The notes: generated by a model from the sequence alone, not told the origin. A stretch of DNA of 38,434 nt from Nemertoderma westbladi (GCA_032718475.1 JAUCBJ010000395.1:1-38434), one strand, 5' to 3'; positions 1 through 11,744 are shown, counted from the stretch's first letter. Made by a program: numbers and translations.

Positions 1-1117
1 GTTGCACACGGACCCGTCGGTGGCCAAACAACTCGCGTTCGAGCTGCGGCACTCGCAGGCCGCCCCGGTGTAGCCCGACTCGCACTCGCAGTAATGGGCG
101 ACCAGCGATCCGCTCGAGTTGCAACCGGCACTCACCGTTACCACCGCAAACAGCCCCGCGGTGCCGCCGACACGCCAAGTTATCGCACTCGCAGAACTCC
201 GAGTAGAACCGATCGGTATAACACCGACACTCGCTGCACAGACACTCCCCCCTCTGGCTGCAGACCCCGCCGCCCCCGCCCAATAGGAGCGTCGCATTCC
301 CGCTGCCAGGCCGACGACACTGGCCGGGGTCGTTCATCTCGGGGTCCGAGGTGTCGCAGGTGCAGTTGGGCCCCGCGTGCGGCGGGTCGCAGTCGCAACC
401 GCCGCAACTCAACGCGCCCTTCCCGCTGCACAGCGACTCGCTACGCTCCCGCACACCGTCGCAATCGCAATCACCCAGGAAACCGACGTTCATCTGGAAC
501 ACTTCATCCACGCCTATAGGCTGCACGGTATACGTTCTAGAACCATTAGTAAAGGCGCCCGCGTGCATTGTGATATCGAAGATCGCTTTCTCTCCGATTT
601 TAACGTTATCGCAGTAATCCTGCGGGAGCATCGAGTCTACGTTGTTACCGGGGGGACACGCGGCCACTATAGAAACCGATATACTATCGTCGTGTTTATC
701 GTCTATAACCAGTTGAACTCGACTCGATATCTTCTTGTAATTATCCTTGACTAAGTCGATGATGTTGTCCCCGGAGCTGCTGACGACGCCGGCAGTGGAG
801 CCCCGGATGAACCTCGCGAAGTCCGCGTACAACGGGAACTTCTCCGCGACCACGGCGAATATCGTCTGTATCCCTCGGGCCTGGAGGCGGTCGTTGATCT
901 GCTCCAACGAGGGGTAGTCGTACCGCTCGGCGGCGGGGTGGTAGGTGTGCTGCCGCCCCGAGGTCCCCGGGATCGGCTCCAGATGGCACCGCGCGTCGTT
1001 CGGTTCCACTATGCCGGCTAACTTCCCGTCGCCCGCCCAGTGGATCGAGGCGTCCGTCGAGAACACCAGCAGATGGCGCGCCCCCTCGCGCCACCCCGTG
1101 GAATTACAAACGGCCAC
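1..1117 (-). CDS. ITGB: Integrin beta subunit, coding exon 3 (beta-I end, hybrid, I-EGF repeats); partial, continues beyond window; apparent +1 frameshift at ~123-124
   Basis: Acceptor ctcccccgtctag then VAVCNSTGWREGARHLLVFSTDASIHWAGDGKLAGIVEPNDARCHL...YDYPSL...IFAV..., followed by Cys-rich I-EGF repeats (CSGKGALSCGGCDC, CSQRGECLCSECRC, CGGNGEC, CECESGYTGAACEC). Absent from the ORF track, probably because the frame has no stop within the window. Confidence 0.92.
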   Translation of the reverse strand, partial: MAVCNSTGWREGARHLLVFSTDASIHWAGDGKLAGIVEPNDARCHLEPIPGTSGRQHTYHPAAERYDYPSLEQINDRLQARGIQTIFAVVAEKFPLYADFARFIRGSTAGVVSSSGDNIIDLVKDNYKKISSRVQLVIDDKHDDSISVSIVAACPPGNNVDSMLPQDYCDNVKIGEKAIFDITMHAGAFTNGSRTYTVQPIGVDEVFQMNVGFLGDCDCDGVRERSESLCSGKGALSCGGCDCDPPHAGPNCTCDTSDPEMNDPGQCRRPGSGNATLLLGGGGGVCSQRGECLCSECRCYTDRFYSEFCECDNLACRRHRGAVCGGNGECRLQLERIAGRPLLRVRVGLHRGGLRVPQLERELFGHRRVRVQ

Positions 1118-1323
1118 CTAGACGGGGGAGAAAGAAATACACGGTAAAGCGATGAGGGCGGCAATGGGGTCGGTCGATAAAGGGAACTCAGTCAATGTAG
1201 AAAAAATTAGTTTTTCTCAAACATTTCTAATATTAGAAGTAGAAATTATTATGTTAATAATTTTTGTTTTTATTAAAAATTATGTTAATTAAGAAACAAA
1301 TAATTATTACTATGGTAACGAAC

Positions 1324-1404
1324 CTGCATCATAGCGTCGAGACCCCCTTCTGGTGAATCGAGATTACCTGAGATTTCAGCTCTGTAAACCGCAGCTAGAA
1401 AGTC
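1324..1404 (-). CDS. ITGB: Integrin beta subunit, coding exon 2 (beta-I domain)
   Basis: tttcctttag acceptor, 81 nt reading DFLAAVYRAEISGNLDSPEGGLDAMMQ (conserved ISGNLDxPEGGxDA motif), GT donor; phase 0/0. Confidence 0.93.
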
Positions 1405-1836
1405 CTAAAGGAAATACAAATAATATTAATGATTAGTGGATATAATACTGGAATATACGCGAAATGCTGGAATATAGTGTCGTAATTCAGTGACACCCCC
1501 CCCCCCCCCCCCTAATTTTTCTACAAATCGTAATGAGATTGCATGAAATTTGAAACAGAGATAGTTTCACCTCCCGACCACTGACTGGGTGAGCCAGAAT
1601 TTTTTATTTTTGCTTTCAATCTTTAGCTACAAGCGTTTAAAAAAAGTGTCTCCAGCGATATTACACCAGTTACACCGCAGTTATTCTTCTACCTTATAGC
1701 TGTTTGTTGGTACCAATGGAAAATGGAAAGCTGGCCCTGCAAGGATTCCAAATATGTAACGACAATTTGAATTTCGTTGAAAAATAGCGGAGATATGGGC
1801 GTTCAAATGTTGCATGGTTTTGCACCGAGTGCGAGG

Positions 1837-2003
1837 CTATTTTATTCTATTTAATAAATAAACCATATTCTGGAACATTTTGTTTATGTACCAATAGCTA
1901 CACTTTAGTATGATTATAGAGTTATTGTATTGTTGCACAGCTACGTATTTGGATAAACAAAATGTTCTAGAATATGGTTTATTTGTTAAATAGAATAAAA
2001 TAG
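1837..2003. mobile_element. Small MITE-like hairpin element in integrin intron 1
   Basis: 51-bp inverted repeats at 1837-1887 and 1953-2003 (2 mismatches) around a 65-bp spacer. Confidence 0.65.
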
Positions 2004-3252
2004 AATAGAATAAAAAAATGAAATGTTTTTAATCTCACGCAGGCCGAACTAGGTGGCGCCAAATTTTTTTTTTAATTTAACTGATGATTCTCTTTTCGAT
2101 GGTACCGTATCATTTACTATGTATTTTTCAACACATCCCCCCCCCCCCCCCCCCCCCCACTCTTTAATTATTTCACATGTCTTCTGGTGGTGGGTCATCA
2201 TTTACCTTTTTGATGCATTTTATAATATATTACTTTATTAATTCATAATTCATAAATAGAAGGTATTTAATATTACATACATTAAATTAGAGTTATATTT
2301 CATGTTAAACTGTTGCAGAATATATTAATGACAAAAAATATTGAGGACATTAGAGACATGTACCGGTATAAAATAAGAAACACCATTTTAAATGTTACCT
2401 AATAAATTAAATATTAATTAATATTAATTAGGGGGGGGGGGGGGGGGGGGGGGGGGTACACCAACTCTTCGATTAATCACTCTCAGCATTTCAAATTGTT
2501 TGGTTTTAGATATAATTTGGAATAAAGATACCTAAGGCTTTTACAGTTTTGAATCTAATCACATGAAAGTTTTTTTATATGATAGATTTAAGATGGGGCA
2601 ACATAACTATCAGGCGAAATTTTGTGAAAATAATTCTGCTCCGCTAGGTGGCGCTCCAAATTTATGCTAAGTTTTAGGTTTTTTATATATAGTATTAAAT
2701 TTTATTAACAAAAAATTTCAAAAAGTTGTCTGATACTTTTATGCAGGGTGGACACCCACAGAAAGTTTCAGACTAATTACTCAAAAATTGTAGAAATAGT
2801 AGGGTTTTGAAGTTGACAATTTCATGAAAAAAATATTTGGAGATAATCGACCTTTCATTATACATAGTAATAGTAATTTCAATAGGAATCCCTAAATGGA
2901 AATTTACATAACTTGAAAACTAAAAGAGCTATTAAATAGCGGTTTTCAGATTTGAAAACACAATTTAAACATGTACCGGTCCGATATTATAATCGATCAT
3001 AAAAACAATTTCGTAATATTTTGGACCAAAATGGAGTTAACACCCCCCCCCCCCCCCCCCCCCCCCCCCTTAATATTTCCAGGTACCGGTAAATATAATT
3101 TAGCCAAGAAGCCAAGGGATAAATAAAAAAATATAAAGGGAACATGTCCGGTACAGTTAAACCTGTAATAAAAACAATAACAAAAATGTCAGTCTGACAG
3201 GTTCCGCTTACCGGTACGTAAATGAATTTAATCTTAAATAACTTAGACTTAC

Positions 3253-3957
3253 ATCTTTAGATGGCGTTAGAGACAAGAGATTCTTGTATGAGAATGGATC
3301 GGCGCAACTGAAGTTGGCTGTGTGATGCGAGACGCAGGCGTCCATAAGCGCGGACCTATTTCGGGTCACGAAAGGTACAACCGTTTTATCCTGAAATATA
3401 CCGAAACCGATGCGAAAATTAGATGTTAAAAGTTTCATTTCATCGAATAAATGTTTAGCTAAACGCTGGAGGTTTCCCAGGTCGTCGTCCATCGAGTTGG
3501 AGACGTCCATGAGGAAGTACAAGTCCACCGGGTAGTTCTTAGCTAAACGGACCACCACGCGCACAGTCTCGGTGTCATAGGAACGGATAGACAAGGAGAC
3601 CTCCTGCGGTTTAACCTGAACCGCCTCCCCCGAGTCGCCTCCGGCGTCGGTTAGTTCGCGGTCCCGGTCCACCCGGAGAGTTGTCTTCGGGTTGTGGAGG
3701 TCCGTTCCGTGGCAGCCCCTGGCGATGTGTCGGTGAACTGCGTCGCAGCGAGTGGTGTAGTTAGCGGCAGCGCACCAAGCGCAGTCGGGGTTGGTCCGCA
3801 GACAGGAGGGGCAGGAGTGGGCGGAAGAGCAGGGAGAGGGTTGGGATGCGTCGGTAGCAGCCGGTGGTTTCGTCACCTCCGGAGGTTGCGGTTGCGCCAC
3901 GGACAATCGGTTGCCGAGGGCAACTGACATAACCAATATTATAACAATTGGACACAT
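3253..3957 (-). CDS. ITGB: Integrin beta subunit, coding exon 1 (signal peptide, PSI domain, start of hybrid and beta-I/vWA domain)
   Basis: Hydrophobic N-terminus (MCPIVIILVMSVALG), PSI cysteines (CPSCLRTNPDCAWC), YPVDLYFLMDVSNSMDDD (MIDAS/ADMIDAS DxSxSxxDD), TSNFRIGFGIFQDK; GTAAGT donor after 3253, phase 0. Confidence 0.95.
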
Positions 3958-4929
3958 TTCTAGCGTATGCTGTTATCTATGTCAGTATGTGCGGTGGCCT
4001 AATAGTCTTGCGCCTAACAGCCTAATAGTCTTGGCCTTTCAGCTGTTCAGCCTTTATGCTTTAAGTTAAGCTGTTAAGTATGAAGTAGGCTAGGTACCGG
4101 TATAGCGGAAACCCTACTGCTGTACTAACTGCAGACTGGCAGAAAGTAAGAGCACACTCCTGCAGCATGTACGTACGTCGTACAGCCAGCGCCAGCAGCC
4201 AGGCTGGAATTGCGCACAATGTACGGTGCATCAGTATCATAGTACCGAGACCGACATTCATGTAGGCTTACCTCCTTGTCTGGGATAGAACCTGCTTTCA
4301 GGCTTTAGTAGCCATTCAACATTGTTCTACGATACTGTAATAATAATTACTGAATCATGAATAGTACTGTTGTAGTAGGCCTAGGCTACATTTTCATTGG
4401 ATTCTTATGCTGTTAAGGCTGTAGGCCTAAGGATATCATATCATCATCACAGGAAGTTTAGATTCCTACAAAAGGTAGAATTTATAGTCTAGAATATTTA
4501 ATCAATCAATCAATGCCGTACGGTATGAAAGGATTTGAATAAAGACAATAATGGAATTCTGATATAGGCCTAGTAAATATACTGTGTAGTAAATGAACAC
4601 ACGAGCACACGATCAAACGATGTGGAGTGTGGAGTTAGGCCGTTGCGCAGCACGAGAGGGTATTTGAGATTATTTTGCATAGCTATTAATCCATTTTTAT
4701 TAATCTATATAGCAACTAAACTACTGTAGGTCTATAGTAGGCCTATGTATTGTACTACATCTAGCACATGATACAGTATGTCAATCCATTGTCAGATTCG
4801 AGAACATATATTTTTGCACAGTTATACATTCTGACATTGACATACTGTAAGTATAAGATTATAGGATACTGTTATTACTGTAGTTTAAACTTAATAAAAT
4901 TATTATATAATTCAGTTTGGTATATTAAA

Positions 4930-7900
4930 TTAAAAAAAATAGCAAGTGGTAAAACTCCTTCGATCGTAAGGCCCAATATCGTCTATATTACGTAGGCCGT
5001 TTCTAAATAACTCCTTATTCCAAGCAGAATAATGTGCTGAATTTCTTTTCGTCCATTTCGTGTAATACTTGTTTAACTTGTAACCCATGACGCCAGCCAA
5101 ACATCCACAGGCAATCGTGCAGAATAGAGGAGGCACCGTCACTTTCACCAAGCTCAAACTGAGAAAAATATACAGACATTTTAGATATTAGAAAACAATA
5201 ACTGTTGCGGGCTAGCGACTAAGTATAAGCTTAGCATTACAGTATACCGCTGTTTCAACCGTTGTCTGTCAGCGCTCGGTCTGTCTGTCTGTAGGTCTGT
5301 CTGTCGGTAAATGTTTGTTAGCTCATAAATATTTGATGAAATTAAACCAAACTTGGTACACATCTAGGCCTACAGTAGTCTGTCGAAAGTCTGTAATAGA
5401 ATTTGCAAGGCGATCTCACCAGTTCTCACGCTAGAGGGCGCCTAGGCAACTGTACTTTATACTTATACTTTGTATTATCGGTTCAAATAATCTAATATAT
5501 GCCTACTGTGCAGTACAGCACTCGCAGCAACGCATCACCCGACTCAAGTAGAAATATTCACGCAATCAAACAACGTAAGTTAGCTGCATGCAGTATTTAC
5601 TTCTCCCTTCCAACTTCAAAACTTGCGACCACAGTGTAATTATCTACTACATACAGTATACTGTACATGTACTGTCCTGTAGGCATTTTACCAATTCGGG
5701 TGTCGTTTCTGCCTATTTGAATGGGATAATCTTTTAGGCTCGTTAAGCCAAGGAATGCCTGTTCACCACGATGGGTGATCTTCCACAGTAAACCCTTCTA
5801 CTCTGTTTCCCAAGTTGCCTTGGTTCCCATTTTTCGACCACTGAAGAATGAAAGCCGGTGTTGGGCTAGGCTGCAGCATTTAAAGCACTGCGCCCAAACA
5901 GTGCTGCCCCATCTAGGGATCGAACCAGAGCTCCCTAATCGGAAGCACAGTAATGTCACCACTAGACCAAGCTGCTGCTCGTTTCTGCCTAATTAACAGA
6001 TTAACTTAATTTCGCGAATATTTCATTTTGATTCACCATTTATGGTAACTTTAAAGGAAAGTACTGTACTGTAACATGTCATAATTGCAGGCTATTCTAA
6101 CCAAAACATAAACTAAATTTAGGAACACAGTTTACAGTAAAATGTTTACTTCTAGGTACAACTTTTTCAATATTAGGCCTACTTTAACTGCAGGCCTAAC
6201 CCCATGGGATGGCTGAAACAAAACCCGGAAATTTGCGTACTGGTACTTGTCGACGACCCGCGTACAGTACAACGCATGCCTTCATAGCGGTATAATTATA
6301 ATGTTGTAGGCCCTACTTCTTACTAACTTTAAATACGGCTGCCGTTCATCTATCTTCGACATCATATCGATATAATGGCCGTGTAGTCTAGATGCAATCC
6401 CTCCAACTCTACACAGATTGGATAATAACACACTATTTGCGTAGGTTGCTGTGGAACTATCGGAAATGCTGCATGACAAAAAATACAGTACAATATTAGC
6501 GGTCGGTAAACTCCATATGGTCCCTGCTCTGCTCAGTATACTGTAGGCCTACTGTACAGGTACACACACCGGATATACTGTACGATGGAAGTCTATAAGC
6601 AGCTTATAAACTACATCGGATGAAATCCCAAACTTTATACCGGTATCTCACCGGATATAATAAAGAACAATCTTATACGTCTGACAATAAAAGCATAATT
6701 TTGAAGATATAAAATATTTTTATCGGAAATATTATCTTTTTCTCACTAATATTTTAAAAAATGAGTAAATTAATCTAGCATATTTTCACTGATGTTCCAG
6801 AAGATTTGTTTTTGAGAATGAATAAAAAACGAGGGAGAAAAAGGTGGTATTTTCAGCTTACTTTCTTTTTATCCAATATTAGCTATTTATACAGTACAGT
6901 ATGTAAGTTTCGGTCGGAAACATTTTATTTAATTTCTATGCAAAATGCAATGTTATGACTTTACGCTAGGCCTATAGCGTAACCGCAATGTATATGTAGT
7001 GTACTGGGCCTACAGTATTAGCTACTATAAATATGTTGGAGAGCTGGTGGTGTATGGTGGCGTGACCCTGAGTGACCAGTTTTGTAATCTTTTTGTTTCC
7101 CCGACATTTTGCAAACAACTTTACAAAACTCAGAATTACGCTTAAATAAGAAATCCCCCTTCACACTACTGTATAATAGGCCTACCTGCTTTCAGTATTT
7201 TTATACACTGTACAGTACTTAGTCAATCTCACCTTTCTGGCATGGCTGTAACATAAACTAATCCGTATACCAGATATAGAACTGATTGAGATACATCATA
7301 ACGTATGTGCTGCTGGTGGATTAAATCATCTTTAAACTGGTCATTCACGTAACGCATTACCGTGTCGCAGACAGCAACTGCGTGCAGAATGTGAGGGGGA
7401 CACTCTGCTATATAATTGCACAATCTTCCTCGCAAACTAGAGATATTATAAAACGGAAAAGATTTCTCACTTTTCTTATCAGCATGACCCACTATACAGT
7501 ATTATAATTATATTAGGTCATGGGTACAGGCAGACTGGCTACTGCGAAGCACAAGAACCCATGTAATGAATACTGTACGTTCGTTGTTCATACTGTACCT
7601 GCATAAAATGTACTGTATGTCCAGTAATATCCCAGCAATACTACAGTAAGTCTACTGTATACCAGACTTCCAACCTTGAGGTCACCAGTACTGTGGATAC
7701 TGTACTTTGAAACGCACCTTTAAACTAGGTTGCGGTGTTCAGTACTTGTGCACTTCTCAAGAGTTAATCCTTGGTATCAATTTCAGGCAGGTTTTCATTC
7801 AACTATAGGCCCAGTATAGTATGCTCAGTATCGCTACCAAGCACTACTCCATACAATAAATAAGGGATAAACTGAATGAGTGGGCCAATGTGAGGTATTT

Positions 7901-8406
7901 CAGCTGTTCAGAAATTATTTAATTACTAATATTTTATATAATTACTATATATTTAATTACTTTACAGTATATTTCACTTTGCAGTTTACACCCATGCCAT
8001 GTGAAGAATAGCAGGTTTTCACTAAAAATCCAGATTAGAGAAGAGCTGAATCTAACCAAAACAATAAACGAATTGGTACATATTTGAAGAGGTTATTAGA
8101 TAGAAATATGCGTTAGAACACTTAATAAAGATAATTTTAAGAACATACAAATTCTTTGTATATAAAATAAAGCTTTCGACGAAATAGTGAAATTTGGTGA
8201 ATGCCTTTAATATTTATACTGTAATTTACTGTACAGTATATTATTTCTTACCTTCTCTCTTTTAATCCTCTCGTCGTCGCATAGAACCTGTATGATATTG
8301 AGAGCAAACCACCAGCCGTGCAGAATAACGTCCCAACGAGAATATATCCACTAATCGCATTATTGGGTGCGATGAAAAGTTGTAGTTTATTGGGAACTGG
8401 CAACAT
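4930..8406 (-). CDS. Putative multi-exon gene of unknown function with N- and C-terminal hydrophobic segments (exons about 8406-8252, 7491-7233, 6468-6328, 5158-4930; one linking exon uncertain)
   Basis: Four stop-free segments with canonical splice sites (ATG at 8406, TAA at 4930). Exons 7491-7233, 6468-6328 and 5158-4930 join in compatible phase 2 (...TAMPES-ISDSS...QPYLN-LSLVKVTVPPLFCTIACGCLAGVMGYK...FF*). The first exon ends in phase 2 and the next starts in phase 1, so an extra exon (~8050-7980) is required. No family recognised. Confidence 0.45.
5200..5550 (+). mobile_element. Degenerate Helentron/HINE (DINE-1-like) non-autonomous element
   Basis: (GTCT)n microsatellite followed by gatgaaattaaaccaaacttggtaca, a core shared with the element at ~26800-26835 (opposite strand). 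Boundaries approximate. Confidence 0.4.
5716..5978 (-). mobile_element. tRNA-derived SINE with 13-bp target-site duplication
   Basis: Minus strand starts gcagcagctTGGTCTAGTGG (A box) ... GGTTCGATCCC (B box); flanked by direct repeat TCGTTTCTGCCTA at 5703-5715 and 5979-5991. Confidence 0.85.
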
Positions 8407-8749
8407 AGTAGCGTTCTAGAACAGATTAATTTAATACTCTATTTGTACTATTAATACCCCGTTTGTATCAATTCCTATAAACTTACAGGTACAGTTTATC
8501 AAGGGTTTTATGTAGGCCCTACTAATAATGAATATTATTAGACTTTACTTTACGTGGAACAGCGTCTAGGGTACGCTACTCGGAGGCGGGTGAGGGCCAG
8601 AGCAAGAGGTGATCTTCCTGTCAGCTAAATTACTCACACTAAACTTTGGTCTCTGTAATGTACAGCAGTTTGATTCTAAACTGATTTGTGCGATGCATTA
8701 ACAACATGACCAAATCTGGCACTTTAATTACTGTAAGTACTGCATGTAT

Positions 8750-9419
8750 GCAACGTTTAGAGTTACAGGCACAACGTGTCCTGATAATATAAAGGTACAG
8801 TAGGTGTAAATTACACCAAAATTTACGGAGAAGTTACTGTACAAGACATAGCGGCTGCTGATAAAGGGAAGAGCATTCCCCACGGAACTTCATTCCATTT
8901 CCAATATTCTATTGGACACAGATTCAACTCTAATACCAAAGGCGAAAAAATTATCATATAGAAATACAGAATTAAACAAAGCAACTTGATAAAGAGTCGG
9001 TTCCCCTATTATTTTCTTGAATAATATATCGTATATACCCATATAAAACCCCCTGAAAAAAGCAGCTAAAAAACCAAACAGACACCTAGAACCGACTGAC
9101 CCAAAAATAAATTTTCCATCACAATAAGAACAACACCTCCAACAGAAAGAAACACAGAACATAATTTCAGAAGAAGACAAGTCTCTCCAAGAATTAGCAA
9201 AGATAAAAGATAAACAAAAACAGCGTACCAGCACCAAGCCGTACAGCGGAACCAAACCATGAAGAACGGAGCCTGGAAGTTATCGCTGAGAGCGGATTTC
9301 CCTATTTGGGTTTGAGCCGAAGTGGTAACAGCTATGACGACCACGATTATTACTCCCTTTAACATCCTCCGTCTCCAACCTGTTGTAACTTCGCTTTGAG
9401 GCTGGGGGGTCATTTCCAT
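8750..9419 (-). pseudogene. SLC35F: Intronless, disrupted SLC35F3/F4-like (EamA/DMT) transporter pseudogene
   Basis: Segments resemble SLC35F3/F4: GVIIVVVIAVTTSAQTQIGKS...FQAPFFMVWF; AVFVYLLSLLILGE; YDILFKKIIGEPT; IEYWKWNEVPWGML; NFSVNFGVIYTY. They lie in different frames (several frameshifts and stops), and a block of the first EamA repeat is missing between WF and AVF. Confidence 0.75.
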
Positions 9420-10150
9420 TTCAAGTATTTACTACAGTAGCTACTGTATGATTTAAATCGTATAATACTGAAATTATTTAACTGCTAGAGATACATAAAT
9501 GTGAAAGAATAGACTTACTCACTGACATTGTTAAAGGAAGTGATCTATAATAATACTGTATGTAGGTCTTCAAATATTTCGCCTATTTTAATTGTGTTTT
9601 GCGGTTTGCTATTGGCTATGGTACGAGAGCCGTGTGTACAATAAATGTACAGTATGTTAATAAATGTATCAAAATTACTGTAGGAACATGTTGTATATTT
9701 ACTGTAGATTTTCACAAAATTTGTGAACACTACAGTAAAACTATAAGCATCCAATTACTGTATACCTGCAATCTTGGCAATGCTGAGTAGTAATAGTAAG
9801 AAATCAGCGATGTAACATTGGCAGTTTGAACTGAAACGGACTCAACCATAGACCCAACACTAGCCGCCACTGGGGATAGATCTCGGAACATTGCGGTTGC
9901 ACCTGACGTAGCAACACATATCTAACAAAAGGAAGAAACAAGTTGAATTATTAGATATTAATGAGTGATATTGAATCATGCGGCGTGTCACAAGGTAATC
10001 TACAGTTTAAATTTGCACAATAGGCCTACACATGAAGGTCTATAAACAAACCGTGGCTAAGCACGATGAACTGTAGCTCTGACAATTCGCCCCCAGGGGC
10101 AGATAGAGGAACTGTAAAAGTCTGTCTGTGTGTATAATTTCTAAACTTTT

Positions 10151-11345
10151 TGTAAAAGCTTTTGCGGATATAATCAGTCCCCTTGCCCGCAAAGTACCGT
10201 GTGGGTGTTTTAACGGACATAAAAGTTGTTCTTCTATATGTGTGCTTTGGAGGACATGGCAAGACACAAAACCCGCAATGCGTCAAATCCTCTAGCACAG
10301 TGTAGCCTTGATGATTCAGATTACGACATCTAACAGCTGGTTGCTGGCATGGAAACGGCCGTTGGACACATGGTTCTTTGTTCAGCTTAACAGCCAATCA
10401 GAGCGATTTTTACTTTAGACGTGGAGATATTCTACAGATCGTACTAGGCGTGTTCAGTCTTACAGTGTTAGAGTTTTGTTGTTTCTATCTAGGCCAAGAA
10501 CACCGGCTCTGGAGTCAATTTGTTTCAGACTTTAGAAGAAACATTAGTAGGCTTAGATTATAGAACGTATAACTGTTACTCAACCCAATCAGTTCAGTCT
10601 TACATTATCGGTTCAGTGCACGGTGCAAGTCACTGCAACATACATTATTATACTGCTATTTACTGTTGTCATTATTTGTATCAGTTGGTTGAATATTATT
10701 ACTTGGAGAACATCGATAAATAACCCAAATTTCCCAATTTTCTTGATACACTACAGGTTAGAGAGACAGGTTACATATAGCGATTGCGACTTATATTATC
10801 GTGGTTTGTAGTGAATTTAATGCTATTTGATAGGCACTACATGAGTCAATTGCTGTTCTCTTTATGTATGATAAAATTCATTGACGGTCGGCAGATTAGT
10901 GTGCAGTATTGTGCGGTACCGGTAGTGTGCATGATTGTGGCTGATAACTAAGCATTTCCTAAAGAATGCGCCTCATACGTGAATCATAAGCCTTACCTTC
11001 TTACCGTTGTGTTTAGTATAAGTCATATCTCTGTTTACCTAGATAGAGCGCCACGTCCTAAAGGAACTGTTAATATTTCCCGAAAGTGAATAATATTCGT
11101 CAGAAATTATTTATTAACGATCAATCGAATAATACAGTAAGCTTACACTGCAATAAAATCTAAGCCCTCCGAATCCAGTCTCCCGGGTATATCCAGCGGG
11201 TGAATGGACGCGCACTAGGCTGGCTTCGGCTAATGTTGTGTTTATTGGTATTAAATACTTGTCATATGTTAAAGTCTATTTATAAACCAAAAGACATATA
11301 AATTTTGGCAGGTTAAACTGCTAAAGGTCTTCAAAAGCGCGTACA
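10151..11345 (+). repeat. 5' LTR of BEL/Pao element
   Basis: TGTA...TACA ends with an imperfect 14-bp terminal inverted repeat (tgtaaaagcttttg / caaaagcgcgtaca); by eye it differs from the 3' LTR by about 4 substitutions and 3 single-base indels; AATAAA near 11152. Confidence 0.95.
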
Positions 11346-11407
11346 ATAACAGTTATCTTCTTTATTGCAGTAAGCAATAAAGTTGAAAGTACCGGTCGAC
11401 CGGTAAA

Positions 11408-11573
11408 CCTGAACCGGTACTGCTGTAGGTCCGTAGGCCCAACTGCTTGAACCGGTACTGCTGTAGGTCCGTAGGCCCAACTGCCTGAACCGGTACTGCT
11501 GTAGGTCCGTAGGCCCAACTGCCTGAACCGGTACTGCTGTAGGTCTGTAGGCCCAACTGTCCTAACCGGTACT
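11408..11573. repeat. 38-bp minisatellite, 4 copies plus a partial one, in the element leader
   Basis: Unit gaaccggtactgctgtaggtccgtaggcccaactgc(c/t)t starting at 11411, 11449, 11487, 11525, partial at 11563; no spacers between units. Confidence 0.9.
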
Positions 11574-11744
11574 TCCAGTATAAGTACATTAGTATTATTC
11601 GATTTTGATTATTGTATATCGGTAGGTCTTAGTACTTAATCAGGGAACGGCCGCCCTGGTTTTTTATTGAGATTTTACTTATTTCTGTCGGTTTTATTTA
11701 CATGTAAGTTAATATTGAGCAGAAGACGTGTAAGTCTGCGCAGA

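Noticed and set aside
94-1094. Arg/Pro-rich ORFs listed in the track (94-519, 180-431, 377-754, 741-1094)
   Set aside because: Shadow frames of the GC-rich integrin exon 3.
5905-5978. Functional tRNA gene
   Set aside because: A and B boxes are present but there is no convincing cloverleaf, and the segment is the head of a TSD-flanked SINE.
10026-10811. ORFs within the LTR (also repeated at 23300-24041)
   Set aside because: No recognisable motifs, they cross LTR boundaries, and indels between the two LTRs change their frames.
11408-11573. 38-bp repeats as a CRISPR array
   Set aside because: Units are head to tail without unique spacers, there are no cas genes, and the context is a eukaryotic retrotransposon leader.
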